A model generated the notes under the pieces. It saw only the letters and a list, made by a program, of their open reading frames with translations. It searched no databases and was not told the DNA's origin. 64,000 nucleotides of DNA, taken from assembly GCA_964188305.1 (NCBI GenBank), contig OZ076895.1; one strand, 5' to 3'. Both the position numbers and the translations under genes were made by a program. Numbering within the stretch: the stretch's first letter is position 1; each line of letters starts with the position of its first letter. Shown here piece by piece: positions 1 through 11,100 of the stretch. Source of the stretch: Podarcis bocagei (lineage: Eukaryota).

Positions 1-2424
1 CAGTGCTACGAGTTATTTCATTATAAATGTATATGTCAGTGGTATATCAGTGTTCCCCTTTATATTTGCATAAAGGCATGCATTCATTTGCACTCTCTTG
101 CTTTCTCTGGCCTGGCAGATAGCTGTAAGGGCAGACACAGCTCACTGTCGTACTGTGGCATAACCCACACATACTGCTCCCACCCCCAGGGTAAAATACC
201 CCGGATTGGAGGTTCGTGTTTTCATCCTCACTTCCCTGAAGGAGATCAGCATGCAGTTGAAAGGGCAGTCAGTGCTCTGGCAGGGCTAGCAGGTCTCCTA
301 CTGCCTCTGGTACTAGTGGGATGAAGAAGCAAGGTCTGTAGAACTGAATATGCTCCCTGGGGAAGACTCAATGGTATCTGAGGATTTCAGCAAGGAAGCA
401 TTCTGGGGAGCAGCGGAGAGAAAGAAGTGTCCCTCTGGGTTGTCACATTCACAAAAACCTCTGCCCTATTAGCTCTTTCCTAAAATTCTGTCCCAAAATG
501 GAAGGAGAGGGTCTTTTCAAGTAACCATAGGGAGGCAGCAATGGGGGTTTGGGGGTGAGATACCTGCCTGGGAGGGGACTTGCTACCTCTGGTAAATAGA
601 CTGAGTTGATCCCCCCAATCCTGCCATTTCTCACTATAAACACTGGGTAGCCTTTCCTGGGTTCTAAAATTTCAAGATAGGCTTCATTTGGCACCAACAG
701 AACTGTATTCATTAAAACATGGCTGACAATTTAGCATCAGGTTGAAAGGCAGAAAAGGTTATTGTGACCACAGAACGTAATGCAAGACTACCGTAGGGCT
801 ACTACTAGCCAGTAAGGGAAAAGGACAACACTCTGGCTCATTTAAGATAGACAACCTTTTTTGGTTTATGTCAGGGCAATGAATTTGTAAGAGCTGCTAC
901 ATTATTCACTGTGCGGTTTAATTTGGGAAAGCTTCCCGTCCGTTTTCATGCAAGCCAACAGCACCTATTTCTTCCTTGGAAATTGCTACGAAAGATAGAA
1001 AATAATGGTTTGACTTTTGTGCCCCTTCTTCTGTGTTAGACTCCTATTCGTCTTTCTCTTAGCAAGTTGACCTTTTCTCTTAAAAATTTCAATCTGTATG
1101 CCTCATTGACATTTGCTGGACCATCTGCTGCTCAGTTTCCATTCTGCCTTCACGAATATTTTTATTTCTTTCCTGTAAATTGGCACAGTCAAGGGAAATA
1201 TCTGCTGGCTAGTCCCAATAAAGAGATCCACTACAACAGAGGTACACAAGTTCTTTGGGGTTTCAGGCTACTGATATCTCGGCTCTTAAGATTTTCTGAG
1301 CCAAAAAAAGTGCTGCGCCTAGGGTAATTTTATTTGTTTAATTTCATTATTTATTCTTTCTCATTTATAACCCTCCATTTGTCCCTAAGGGGAGTCCAGG
1401 GCAGATGATAACCGTGAAATTATGTAAAACAATTCAAAACAACATTATAATATATTACAACCAGCAGTTACAACCAGCAATATAAAAAGGTCTTAAAACT
1501 ACTGGCCAGAAGCCTGGATTTAAAAATAAAAAAAAGTATTTACATGTTTTCTGAATACAGGTAAAGAGAAGGATTGTTTGATTTCTCTCAGGATGGATTT
1601 CCAAACCAAGTGCTACCCTAAGTGCGGTCTCCTGAAGAATGCCATGGTCCATGTTCTTTGTATTATTTCTCCTGATGGGAATCACAAGTAGGGCCTTTCT
1701 CCCAGATGATTTGATTTTAGGTTGGACGTTTCCTGTATCTTTCATTCACCAGGAATCTGAGCGGTCTGCACAAGGAGATCTCGGTCAATGGACAATGAGC
1801 TTTAAATGAACTTATTTGTTTCATGAAGATTTGCGGAAAGGAATGGGATAGATCCTCTGGGTAGCAAGAAGGGCTCATCATGAAGTGTGGTGCTTCCTGG
1901 AGAAGTCACAGGGCAATCATAGAAGCACATACACTGAACCTCCCACCAAAGTATAAGAACTGACTTATATCAAAGTTGGGTCATAGACTCATTTAGCTCA
2001 GTATTGTCTACAATGATTGGCAGTGGGACCTTCACAGTTCCAAACCTATTTTTTTCCTACCTACCTAGAGGCGCCAGTGATTGAACATGGGATCTTTTGG
2101 CATGCAAATCATGTGCTCTAGCGGAAGGACTAAGAATCAATGGTATAGAAGAGGGAAATCATAGCACGGCTGAGAAAGACTTCTTCCTGAAACTTTGAAA
2201 GATTTTGCCAGTCAGAACAGGCAGGACTAGACCAGACTAAGCCAGCTATTTCTGCCCATATTAAGCATGATCCATGGATGAGTCTGATTGTCATCAACAT
2301 AAGAAATGGTGCTAAAAGAGTGGTCCAAACAGAGGGTGAATACAGAGCAGAGACTGTCAGGGGATCTATCTGAGGGAATACTACAGATCAAGGTAACACA
2401 AGTGGAAAGGTAAAACTTGAAATA

Positions 2425-2772
2425 CAGTGGTGCCCCGCAAGACGAATGCCTCGCAAAATGGAAAACTCGCTAGACGAAAGAGTTTTCCGTTTTGGAGGTG
2501 CTTCGCAAAACGAATTTCCTATGGGCTTGCTTCGCAAGACGACAATGTCTTGCGAGTTCCTGCTGGTTTTTTTTCCCTTTCCCCCCTGCTTTTTCTAAGC
2601 CACTAAGCTGCTTATCAGCTGATCCGATCAGCAGATAAGCCGCTAAAAGCCGCTAAAAGCGCTAATAGCGCTAATCCGCTAATCCTTCAATGGGCTTGCT
2701 TCGCAAGACGAAAAAACCGCTAGACGAAGAGAATCACAGAACGGATTCTTTTCGTCTTGCGAGGCACCACTG
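2425..2772. mobile_element. Tc1/mariner (Tigger/pogo-like) MITE
   Basis: TA|cagtggtgccccgcaagacgaa ... ttcgtcttgcgaggcaccactg|TA: terminal inverted repeats, TA TSD, repeated subterminal cgc(a/t)agacgaa motifs. Confidence 0.9.
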
Positions 2773-3142
2773 TACAGGCAAAGCTGAGCTAAGCTTGGAA
2801 GAAGAAAAGACAAGCCAAATGCAGCAAGGTTTTTCATTAGAGCAGAGCAACTGACTGGAATGCAGAAGGAAGGCTTGGTACATGCTCCCCTACAGCCACA
2901 ATTCAACCCCTTGACCCTGTCAAGTGAGATGCTTCTTCTTCCACTGTGCTGTGCAGCACACTGCAAAGGACGATTCCTCCTTGCCTCCATGTGCCATCCA
3001 ATAAAGCACAAGGTAATGACCTCAGGTGCCCAAGGAAAAACATGCTGAATAGTGTGACAGTACTTGCTGGTCAACATTTGCCCACCCAATATTAGAGAGC
3101 ACAGAGGAAAACCTCCCTCGTTTGGCAATTTGGAATGATATA

Positions 3143-3368
3143 CAGTGGTACCTCGGGTTACATACGCTTCAGGTTACAGACTCTGCTAACCCAGAAATAC
3201 TACCTCGGGTTAAGAACTTTGCTTCAGGATGAGAACAGAATTCGTGCTCCGGCGGCGTGGCAGCAGCGGGAGGCCCCATTAGCTAAAGTGGTGCTTCAGG
3301 TTAAGAACAGTTTCAGGTTAAGAACAGACCTCCAGAATGAATTAAGTACTTAACCCGAGGTACCACTG
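3143..3368. mobile_element. Tc1/mariner (Tigger-like) MITE, second family
   Basis: TA|cagtggtacctcgggtta ... taacccgaggtaccactg|TA: perfect TIRs and TA TSD. Confidence 0.9.
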
Positions 3369-4096
3369 TACTGTACTTGGTGGGCCCCTTTCAGCTTGAC
3401 CCACTCCCCAAACATGACTATTTGCAAGGTGGGCCTCCAATCGATTGCTCCATTGGCAGAAATGCAACAATTCATTTGGAAGAAATTGCAGGAAATATTC
3501 TACCAACAAAGGAATAAAGAACCTACAGAACACAGCCATGAGGGTGGCATGCAAAATCCCACTGAGAGAAATGGCTGAACAGGGAGGCTTCAGGGGGGAC
3601 ACACAGGCATGTGTCCAGGTCTCAAAAGTTTGTCTGCTATGGAGGAAGGAGAACTATAGCCTTTAAGTCTTCTTCTTCTGTTGCAATTACTCGTAGTCCA
3701 GTAAGATTGTCTTCCATGAACACGGTCTTAACAGTGTAGAGCATGAAACACAGGTTATGCTTCAGTCATGCCTCTTATTTTCTGCAAAATCAACATTGCT
3801 TCAGTCATTTCTCATCCAACCTACTGTTTATCAGCCCTGACATTCTTCCTGCTTGTTCTTCCACAGACAACTCCAGGAGCTGTGCGTTTGAAATGCTAGA
3901 CACTTTTAGGCACCTAGAATCAATGTATCTCAAAAATGTCAAAAAAAAAAAAAGGAATCTAGCATGTAGCACATGCTGTTTGACTTTGAGAAAACTGAAG
4001 CAGGGATAATGGAAGCCAAGGCAACTTGGCTGCTGAGAAGTATTAGCATTGTAGTAGCATTGCCAGAGCTAGAGAGACTATCAGAATTGTATGATA

Positions 4097-4512
4097 CAGT
4101 GGTGCCCCGCAAGACGAAATTAATTCGTTCCGCAATTTTTGTCGTCTAGCGAATTTTTCGTCTTGCGAATCACGAAATCCCATAGGAATGCATTGAAAAT
4201 CAATTAATGCGTTCCTATGGTCAAAAAAAGTCGAAACAAAGCCAAATTTGGTACAACAACAGTTTATTAACTGCTCTTTAAAGTCACACATACTGTAAAG
4301 AGCAGTTCAAAAATTGAAGGGAAAATAAATTAACTTTATAAACAAAACATGTCTTTGTTTTTAGACAAAGGAAACAAAGCCGCGAGACGTTTTCGTCTTG
4401 CGAAGCAAGCCCATAGGGAAATTTCGTCTTGCGAGGCAAATCGAAAACGGAAAAACCTTTCGTCTAGCGAGTTTTTTGTCTTGCGAGGCATTCGTCTTGC
4501 GAGGTACCACTG
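4097..4512. mobile_element. Tc1/mariner (Tigger-like) MITE related to 2425-2772
   Basis: TA|cagtggtgccccgcaagacgaa ... ttcgtcttgcgaggtaccactg|TA: same termini, different interior. Confidence 0.9.
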
Positions 4513-6333
4513 TACATGCAAGAAGGCACATTTTAGCACAGATGGAGGGAGCCCCCCTATGTCTTCAAAGTAGATTTGAAATGGAACAGCAGACTTCAAG
4601 ACAGGTATATCTCCTGTCTCTGATAAATCATCACCCCAACTGTGTATTTGAATGGGCAATATTTGCAAGGGTTTAACTGCTACATACTGATGTGCAAATA
4701 AATAACTGCCCATCTTTTGACTCTGGAACAAATGCAAATCATCATCCCATCTGTAGGTGCATCGTTCTGTTGCTTCGTTTTCCACCTGATCCTTCCATTC
4801 TCCACACAATCCAAACTATTTATGGATGCTCAGAGTCCACAAAAGTACTGGTGTGTCATTAATATTTTAATTGAAAGCCATGAATATTCATAGCCATTTT
4901 GGCTTCTTTAGAGTAGACGGCATGATAACTAAATCATTCTAGTATGCAAATGTGATCCTGACATGACACCTTGCCTTCATCTACATTACAAAACTACAGC
5001 ATTTTTAGCTCTTTCATTATTTATGTAATCCTGCCGGTTTATTTTCAGATTAACAAGAGCTCTTCAAGTCAGCCAGCATTTTCTGAACTGGGGGCAGAGC
5101 TATTATGAAGAATGTCATAAAGTCATACGTTTTCCTTGACATTGAGGATGGCAGGAATTGGGAGGAGGGACGTCTCACATTTTTATGTTTTCAAGTTAAT
5201 TTCAACAGTATCTTGGTACCTGATATTTACCACAAGCCCCGGGGGAGAATGTGTGCAGGCAAAAAGTTATTAAAGTTTTCATCATTTTCAGGCCCCAAGA
5301 AGGCTTCAGCAAAAGCAAAAATGGATTGCTTGGTGTGATGAATCGAAGTGCCAACTTCTTAAATTCTATATTACTTTGATTTGTAGCGGTAACTAAATAT
5401 TAGGAAACCCTTCCATGCCTTGCATGGTAGAATGAATAAGTTCATTATTGCATTTTCTTCTACTTGCATCTCCAAGAACGAGTCATTACTATCACACTCA
5501 AAAGGAAGCCATGTCAAGAAAAGCTTTTCCATTTTTCTTTAAAGAAATAAAAAATAAAATTGTTACCCTTCTGATTCCTGTGACAACAACGGCTTCATGC
5601 AGCACTGGAGGCAAACGGCGGCCATTAATACATTTCACAAGAACATCAAATACCTGATAAATTATTCCACACATAAACTTTCAATGGTGAAACTGGAGCA
5701 CAACCAGGTATTTTCAGTTTGAATGACCAAAGACCACAATAGTTTATTACAACTGTCAAGCCGTCTTACACTGAATCATATAATAAATAAAGAATTAATT
5801 TGCTTTAAATAAATATAGGACAATGCTTCTGTAAAAGAGCCCTTTCAATGACAGATAGTATTTAGATTATGACATCTGCTTATTTTGGCTCGGGGGTTGT
5901 TCACCAGTATCATCTATAATACTTTTAAAAGGTATCAGGAAATACCCACTCAAAAACCCACAATACACAAGAGCTGCTTGCTCTTCCTGTTCAGTCTCTG
6001 TTTCCAATGGCTCAGCATATCTTCCATTGACTACACACCTGCAGACATGCCACCCTCTTTTCTGAACAGAGGTGAAATGTAAAAAGTTTCTCTTGGTGAA
6101 CGAGTGCAGCAATGGATGCTGTTGGTGCATTTCCACTCCAAAGATGGGGTGGCCGATAGGGGGAGATGCCTGCACTATTATATACCTGAAGGAGCGTCTC
6201 CACCCCCATCGTTCTGCCCGAACACTGAGGTCCAGCGCTGAGGGCCTTCTGGCGGTTCCCTCACTGCAAGAAGCTAAAATAAAATAAAAATTCCTTCCTG
6301 TAGCACCTTAAAGACCAACTAAGTTAGTTCTTG

Positions 6334-6371
6334 GTATAAGCTTTCGTGTGCATGCACACTTCTTCAGATAC
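6334..6371 (-). ncRNA. Minimal type-I hammerhead ribozyme motif in the PLE terminus
   Basis: Minus strand reads GUAU-CUGAAGA-A-GUGUG(CAUG)CACAC-GAAA-GC-UU-AUAC. It has the CUGANGA and GAAA core boxes, stem II, a 4-bp stem I and a palindromic AAGCUU in place of stem III. Minimal hammerheads are an established PLE feature. Confidence 0.82.
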
Positions 6372-6548
6372 ACTGAAACAGAAGTTGCCAGATCCTTCTA
6401 TATAGTGAGGTGGGGAGGGGTATTACTCAGAAGGGTGGTGGGAATAGGAGATTGGCAGATAGCTGAGATGAGCCTGTTGACGACTCTTAACGACTGTAAT
6501 AGGTCTTACAGAAAAAGGCAAGGGGTGAGAAGGTGAGAAATGGCTTAG

Positions 6549-8359
6549 TCATGTATAATGAGATAAGAATCCAATGTCTCTGTTCAGACCAGGTCTCTCC
6601 ATTGTTTTAAGTTTGGTAATGAGTTGCAATTCAGCAGCTTCTCTTTCCAGTCTATTTCTGAAATTCCTTTGTAGTAAAACAGCTACTTTGAGATCTTGTA
6701 TAGAATGTCCTGGGAGATTGAAGTGTTCTCCTACTGGTTTCTCTGTTTTGCGATTCTTGATGTCAGATTTATGTCTGTTTATTCTTTGGCGTAAGGTTTG
6801 GCCTGTTTGTCCAATATAGAGAGCTGAAGGACACTGTTGGCATTTGATGGCATACACAATGTTAGACGATGAGCAATTAAATAGTCCCGAGATGGTATGT
6901 GTGATGTTGTTGGGGCCAGTAATGGTGTTGTCCGGGTGTATGTGGCAGCAAAGTTGGCATCTGGGTTTATTGCAGGCTCTGGTGCCAGTGTCCGTGTTAA
7001 GTCTGGTTGTAGTATTATTGTGGGTTAGGAGTTGTTTAAGATTGGGTGGCTGTCTGTAGGCAATGAAAGGCCTTCCTCGCAGAGCTTGAGAAAGAGAACT
7101 GTCATTGTCCAGGAGAGGTTGTAGATCTCTGATGATGCGTTGAACTGTTTTAACTTGGGAGCTGTATGTGATGACTAGTGGTGTTCTGTTATTTTCTTTT
7201 TTGGGTCTGTCTTGCAGCAAGTTCTCTCTGGGTATCAGTCTGGCTCTGTTGATCTGTTGTCTAACTTCATCTGCTGGGTATTTTAGTTCTGAAAAGGTTT
7301 GCTGTAGATCTCTTAGGTGAGAGTCTCTGTCTGTAGAATTGGAACAGATGCGGCTGTAACGTAGTGCCTGGCTATATACAATGGACTGTTTGGTATGTTT
7401 GGGATGGTAGCTAGAGGCATGTAGATATGTTTGTCGGTCAGTTGGTTTACAGTATAAGGTGGTGTCTATGCGTCCATCCTGTATTTTTATAGTAGTGTCC
7501 AAAAAATGTATTTCTTGCATAGATTGATTCATTGTAAGGTTGATTGTGGGGTGAAAATCATTGAATTTCTGGTGAAAGGTGTCCAGGGTCTGTTGACCAT
7601 GTGTCCAGATGATAAAAATATCATCAATGTATCGCAGGTACAAGAGAGGTTTGAGTGGGTAGGAGTTTAGGAAACGTTGTTCTAAATCTGCCATGAAGAT
7701 GTTGGCATACTGTGGGGCCATGCGGGTGCCCATTGCTGTGCCGCTGATCTGAAGGAACAGGTCATCACCGAATTTGAAGTTGTTGTGGGTAAGGACAAAT
7801 TGGCAGAGTTTGGTGGCAAGGTCCGCTGTGGTTTTATCTGAAATGGTGTTCCTTATAGCTTGTAAACCATCGTTGTGTGGGATGTTGGTATACAGAGATT
7901 CCACGTCCATAGTAGCTAGTATAGTATTGTTGGGAAGATTATTTAAAGATTATATTTTCCTCAGAAAATCTGTGGTGTCACGAACATAGCTGGGAGCACT
8001 GATGGCATATGGTTTCAGAACAGAGTCCATATAACCGGAGACACCCACTGTAATAGTGCCAATACCTGAAATGATGGGGCGTCCTGGATTTCCTGGTTTG
8101 TGTATTTTAGGTAGAAGATAGAAAGTTCCTGGTCAAGGTTCTGTTGGTGTGTTGGCGAGGATCTGTTCTTGGATATGTGGGGGTAGCTCCTTAACAATCT
8201 TGTTCAGTTCTTTCTTGTATTCTTGTGTGGGGTCTGAGTCCAATTTTGTGTAAAAGGCGGTATTGGAAAGTTGTCTGTGAGCCTCCTGAATGTAGTCAGT
8301 TTTGTTCATGATGACAACAGCTCCACCTTTGTCTGCTTCTTTAATTATAATGTTTGGGT
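6549..8359 (-). pseudogene. PLE polyprotein (reverse transcriptase + GIY-YIG endonuclease), N-truncated, two nonsense codons
   Basis: One frame runs from IIIKEADKGGAVV through FYLLPKIHK, GRPIIS, MDVESLYTNIP, GTAMG, YLRYIDD and FLD to NIVYAIKC..LYIGQT..RINRH and RE..E...GLN. In-frame stops are TGA at 8133-8135 and TAA at 7950-7952. The open part is 6549-7910 (453 aa). Confidence 0.95.
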
Positions 8360-8764
8360 TGCAAGAAGCTAAGTTACAGGAAACCAGGAAGGGGGCCTTC
8401 TCAGTAGTGTCACCTGCCCTGTGGAACACCCTCCCACCAGATGTCAAAGAGAAGAACAACTACCAGACTTTTAGAAGACATCTGAAGGCAGCCCTGTTCA
8501 GGGAAGCTTTTAATGTTTAACAGACCACTGTATTTTAATATTTTGTTGGAAGCTGCCCAGAGCAGCTGGGGAAACCCAGCCAGATAGGTGGGGTATAAAT
8601 AATAAATTATTATTATATTATTATAGTCATGTCTCTTTTTCTGCTTTCGGAGGTGTGGCAGCCATTATGCCACACCTCTGTGGCAGCCACTTTGGGGGCT
8701 AAGTTGTTGAGTTGTTGAGCCTCCAAATGCAGTATTCCAGACAATTCCAGAAAATTCTGGACGC

Positions 8765-9320
8765 ATGACAACACTATGCTCTAAAGCCTCTCTATTCTAC
8801 TGCAATGCGTTATATGTACGGCTGCCTCTAAAGACAGTTTGGAAACTTCAGCTAGTGCAGAATTTAGTGGCCATGTTGCTCACCAGAGCAAGACGGTTTG
8901 AGCATGTTACACCAATTCTGGTCCAACTGCACTGGCTACCAATTAGTTTCCGGACCCAATTCAAAGTGCTGGTTTTGACCTATAAAGCCTTAAGTGGCTC
9001 AGGACTGCAATACCTCAAGGATCACCTCTTTCCATATGAACCTACCTGGACCCTGAGATCATTTCCTAAGACCCTTCTTCGTGTGTCTCCTCCTCGAGAG
9101 GTCCGGAGGATGGCAACACGAGAACGGGCCTTTTCTGCAGTGGCTACCCATCTGTGGAATGCCCTCCTCAGGGAAGTTTAAAATATGTGTGGGATTTTGG
9201 ACGGGGGGTTATTGGGTTGCTGTTTTTCTTTTGATTATGCATTTTGTGATTTTATATTTTGATTTTATTCTGTAAACCCCCCCTTAGGCCTCCGGGTATA
9301 GGGCGATATATAAATTCAAT
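8765..9320 (+). mobile_element. Degenerate L2 LINE 3' fragment
   Basis: ORF 8765..9181 has YCNALY..LPLK..WKLQLVQN..HVTPIL.QLHWLPI.FR.QFKVLVLTYKAL..RAFS..A..LWNAL (L2 ORF2 C-terminus), followed by an L2-type 3' UTR. Confidence 0.85.
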
Positions 9321-9486
9321 GTTAAAAAAAGTTTAGCATTCCCTATCCATGACTTCAGTTATGCTCCATGCTTATTTTCGGAACGTTTATTTGATCCACT
9401 TTAAAAAACTTGCGGGACAGTTGCAGGTAACTACTTCTGTAAGCTCAGTGTGAACATAGCGATAAGCTATGGAATGTACCTAGATG

Positions 9487-10427
9487 GTCACTTGGCTAAG
9501 CCCTCAGTGTGTTCAGCTCTTCCCGGACGCCGTCTCCAATTCGCACGTGCTGGCTTGCTTTAACACGAAAATATAATTGGAAATATATGATTGGAGATGT
9601 TAAAGCACATACGTCAAGCAAAGGTCGGGAGATAAGACTGCTGATTAATGGATTTCTGGGATCGGAGCGGCGGGCGAAGACAAATAAATCAAGAGACGAA
9701 GCGCCATTAAGAGATGGGTATGTTTGGAGCTAAGAAGGTGGGGTGGAGGAAAAACTTTTCTTTCTTTATATTATATGAGCATAAATAACCCTCTACCCCA
9801 AAGAAAAAAGAACCGCCGTATTTTACTACACAAACAGGAATCTAAAAATTGTGTGGGATGAATTAAGGATGAATGAAGAGAGGAATGGTAAAGATCGGAG
9901 AATGGAAAAATTTTATGACGCAGTTTTAAAATGGCGTCTCGCAAGACAGGCTTGTTTAAGAAAGACGGGGGGAGGAGAACCAGGACTGTTTGAAAGTGAA
10001 CGATGTTTGGAATTTGATCTTTAACCTAGCAGAGCCCTCTAGGAGATATTTTACAAGCCTAGGACAACTGAAGGGCAGACCGAAGATAAATTTTCGAAGT
10101 AGGAGTGGAATGGCGGCTGTCCCTATGAAATATGACTTACGGAGTGCGTAAAACCCACGCAGACGATGTTTGTTCTTAACCTGCCTGTGAAGATTATCAG
10201 AGATCGCAAAGAAAGGAATATATGACAACAACAAGAATGAAGAAAGTAAAAAAGAGACTATCTCGATAGAACTGGATAGAACTGTTTAATTAATGCAGTA
10301 ATAGAAGTGATGTATGGGTATCCCCAACAAAACTGAAAAATTCGGCTGTATAATTTGGAATTAATGTGATTTGAAATAATGTGATATGATTGGCCTGTTA
10401 ATAAAAATTATGTTTAAAATAAAAAAA
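9487..10427 (+). mobile_element. Unclassified poly(A) retro-insertion, 941 bp, L1-type signature
   Basis: 16-bp TSD ggaatgtacctagatg (9471-9486 and 10428-10443). AATAAA near 10400 then an A-rich tail. Purine-rich, CpG-retaining body with no RT motif. Confidence 0.8.
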
Positions 10428-10811
10428 GGAATGTACCTAGATGAGCCTTGGGCTCACATGCTGCCCCCTTTCTGGCACTGTCACAAGGAAGAGATCAGAA
10501 ACACACACTTCCAGTTATGTCCAGTAAGAACAATCTGTGGCTGGTGTAAACTATGCTGTATTTGCAAAATTCAAGACCAAACCACAATTTCTCATCCAGA
10601 GTTGTTTCAATAAACCAGTTTAAATTAACCGCAGTTCCTGATTTGAAAGTGATGATAAACCATGGTTAGTTTAAACCAATAAACTGAGGTTTCTCTTTCT
10701 ATAGTGTATATCAGAGGAGGACAGGAGATGGTGGTACATTTGAGCCCAAGGAGCAGGATTTGCATAGAACCAAACTATTGCTTATTCTGAGGATAAATGA
10801 TGAGACTCATA

Positions 10812-11100
10812 TGATAGCTCAGTTGGTTAGAACATGGTGCTGATAACCCCAAGGTTACAGGTTTGATCCCCGTATGGGGCAGCTACATATACCAGCATTG
10901 CAGGGGGTTGGATTAGATCAGTGTTCCCCAACCTTGGGCCTCCAGCTGTTTTTGGACTACAATTCCCATCATCCTTGACCACTGGTCTTGCTAGCGAGGG
11001 ATGATGGGAGTTGTAGTCCAAAAACAGCTGGAGGCCCAAGGTTGGGGAACACTGGATTAGATGATCCTCTGAGTCCCTTCCAACTCTATGATTCTATGAT
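10812..11100 (+). mobile_element. tRNA-Ile-derived SINE with CR1-like 3' tail, interrupted by a hAT MITE
   Basis: Head tagctcagttggttagaacatggtgctgataaccccaaggttacaggtttgatccccgtatgggg resembles tRNA-Ile (A and B boxes). Tail cccttccaactctatgattctatgat is a CR1 3' end. Confidence 0.8.
10919..11054. mobile_element. hAT MITE, 136 bp, nearly palindromic
   Basis: gattagat|cagtgttccccaacc ... ggttggggaacactg|gattagat: perfect 8-bp TSD and long inverted arms. Confidence 0.92.

Larger units (their letters stand above)
6278..8359 (-). mobile_element. Penelope-like retroelement (PLE), 5'-truncated, 2082 bp
   Basis: Flanked by the 13-bp TSD tgcaagaagctaa (6265-6277 and 8360-8372). Encodes RT plus GIY-YIG endonuclease and has a 3' terminal region with a hammerhead motif. 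Confidence 0.95.
6183..8622 (+). mobile_element. 5'-truncated L2 LINE 3' end, split by the Penelope insertion
   Basis: Removing 6278-8372 restores YLKERLHPHRSARTLRSSAEGLLAVPSLQEAKLQETRKGAFSVVSPALWNTLPPDVKEKNNYQTFRRHLKAALFREAFNV*, a typical L2 ORF2 C-terminus. It is followed by a 3' UTR and an aataaa/(tta)n tail. Confidence 0.85.

Noticed and set aside
10812-10885. Functional tRNA-Ile gene (and tRNA-Lys at ~51600-51665)
   Set aside because: Broken acceptor and T stems and fusion to CR1-like tails show these are SINE heads.
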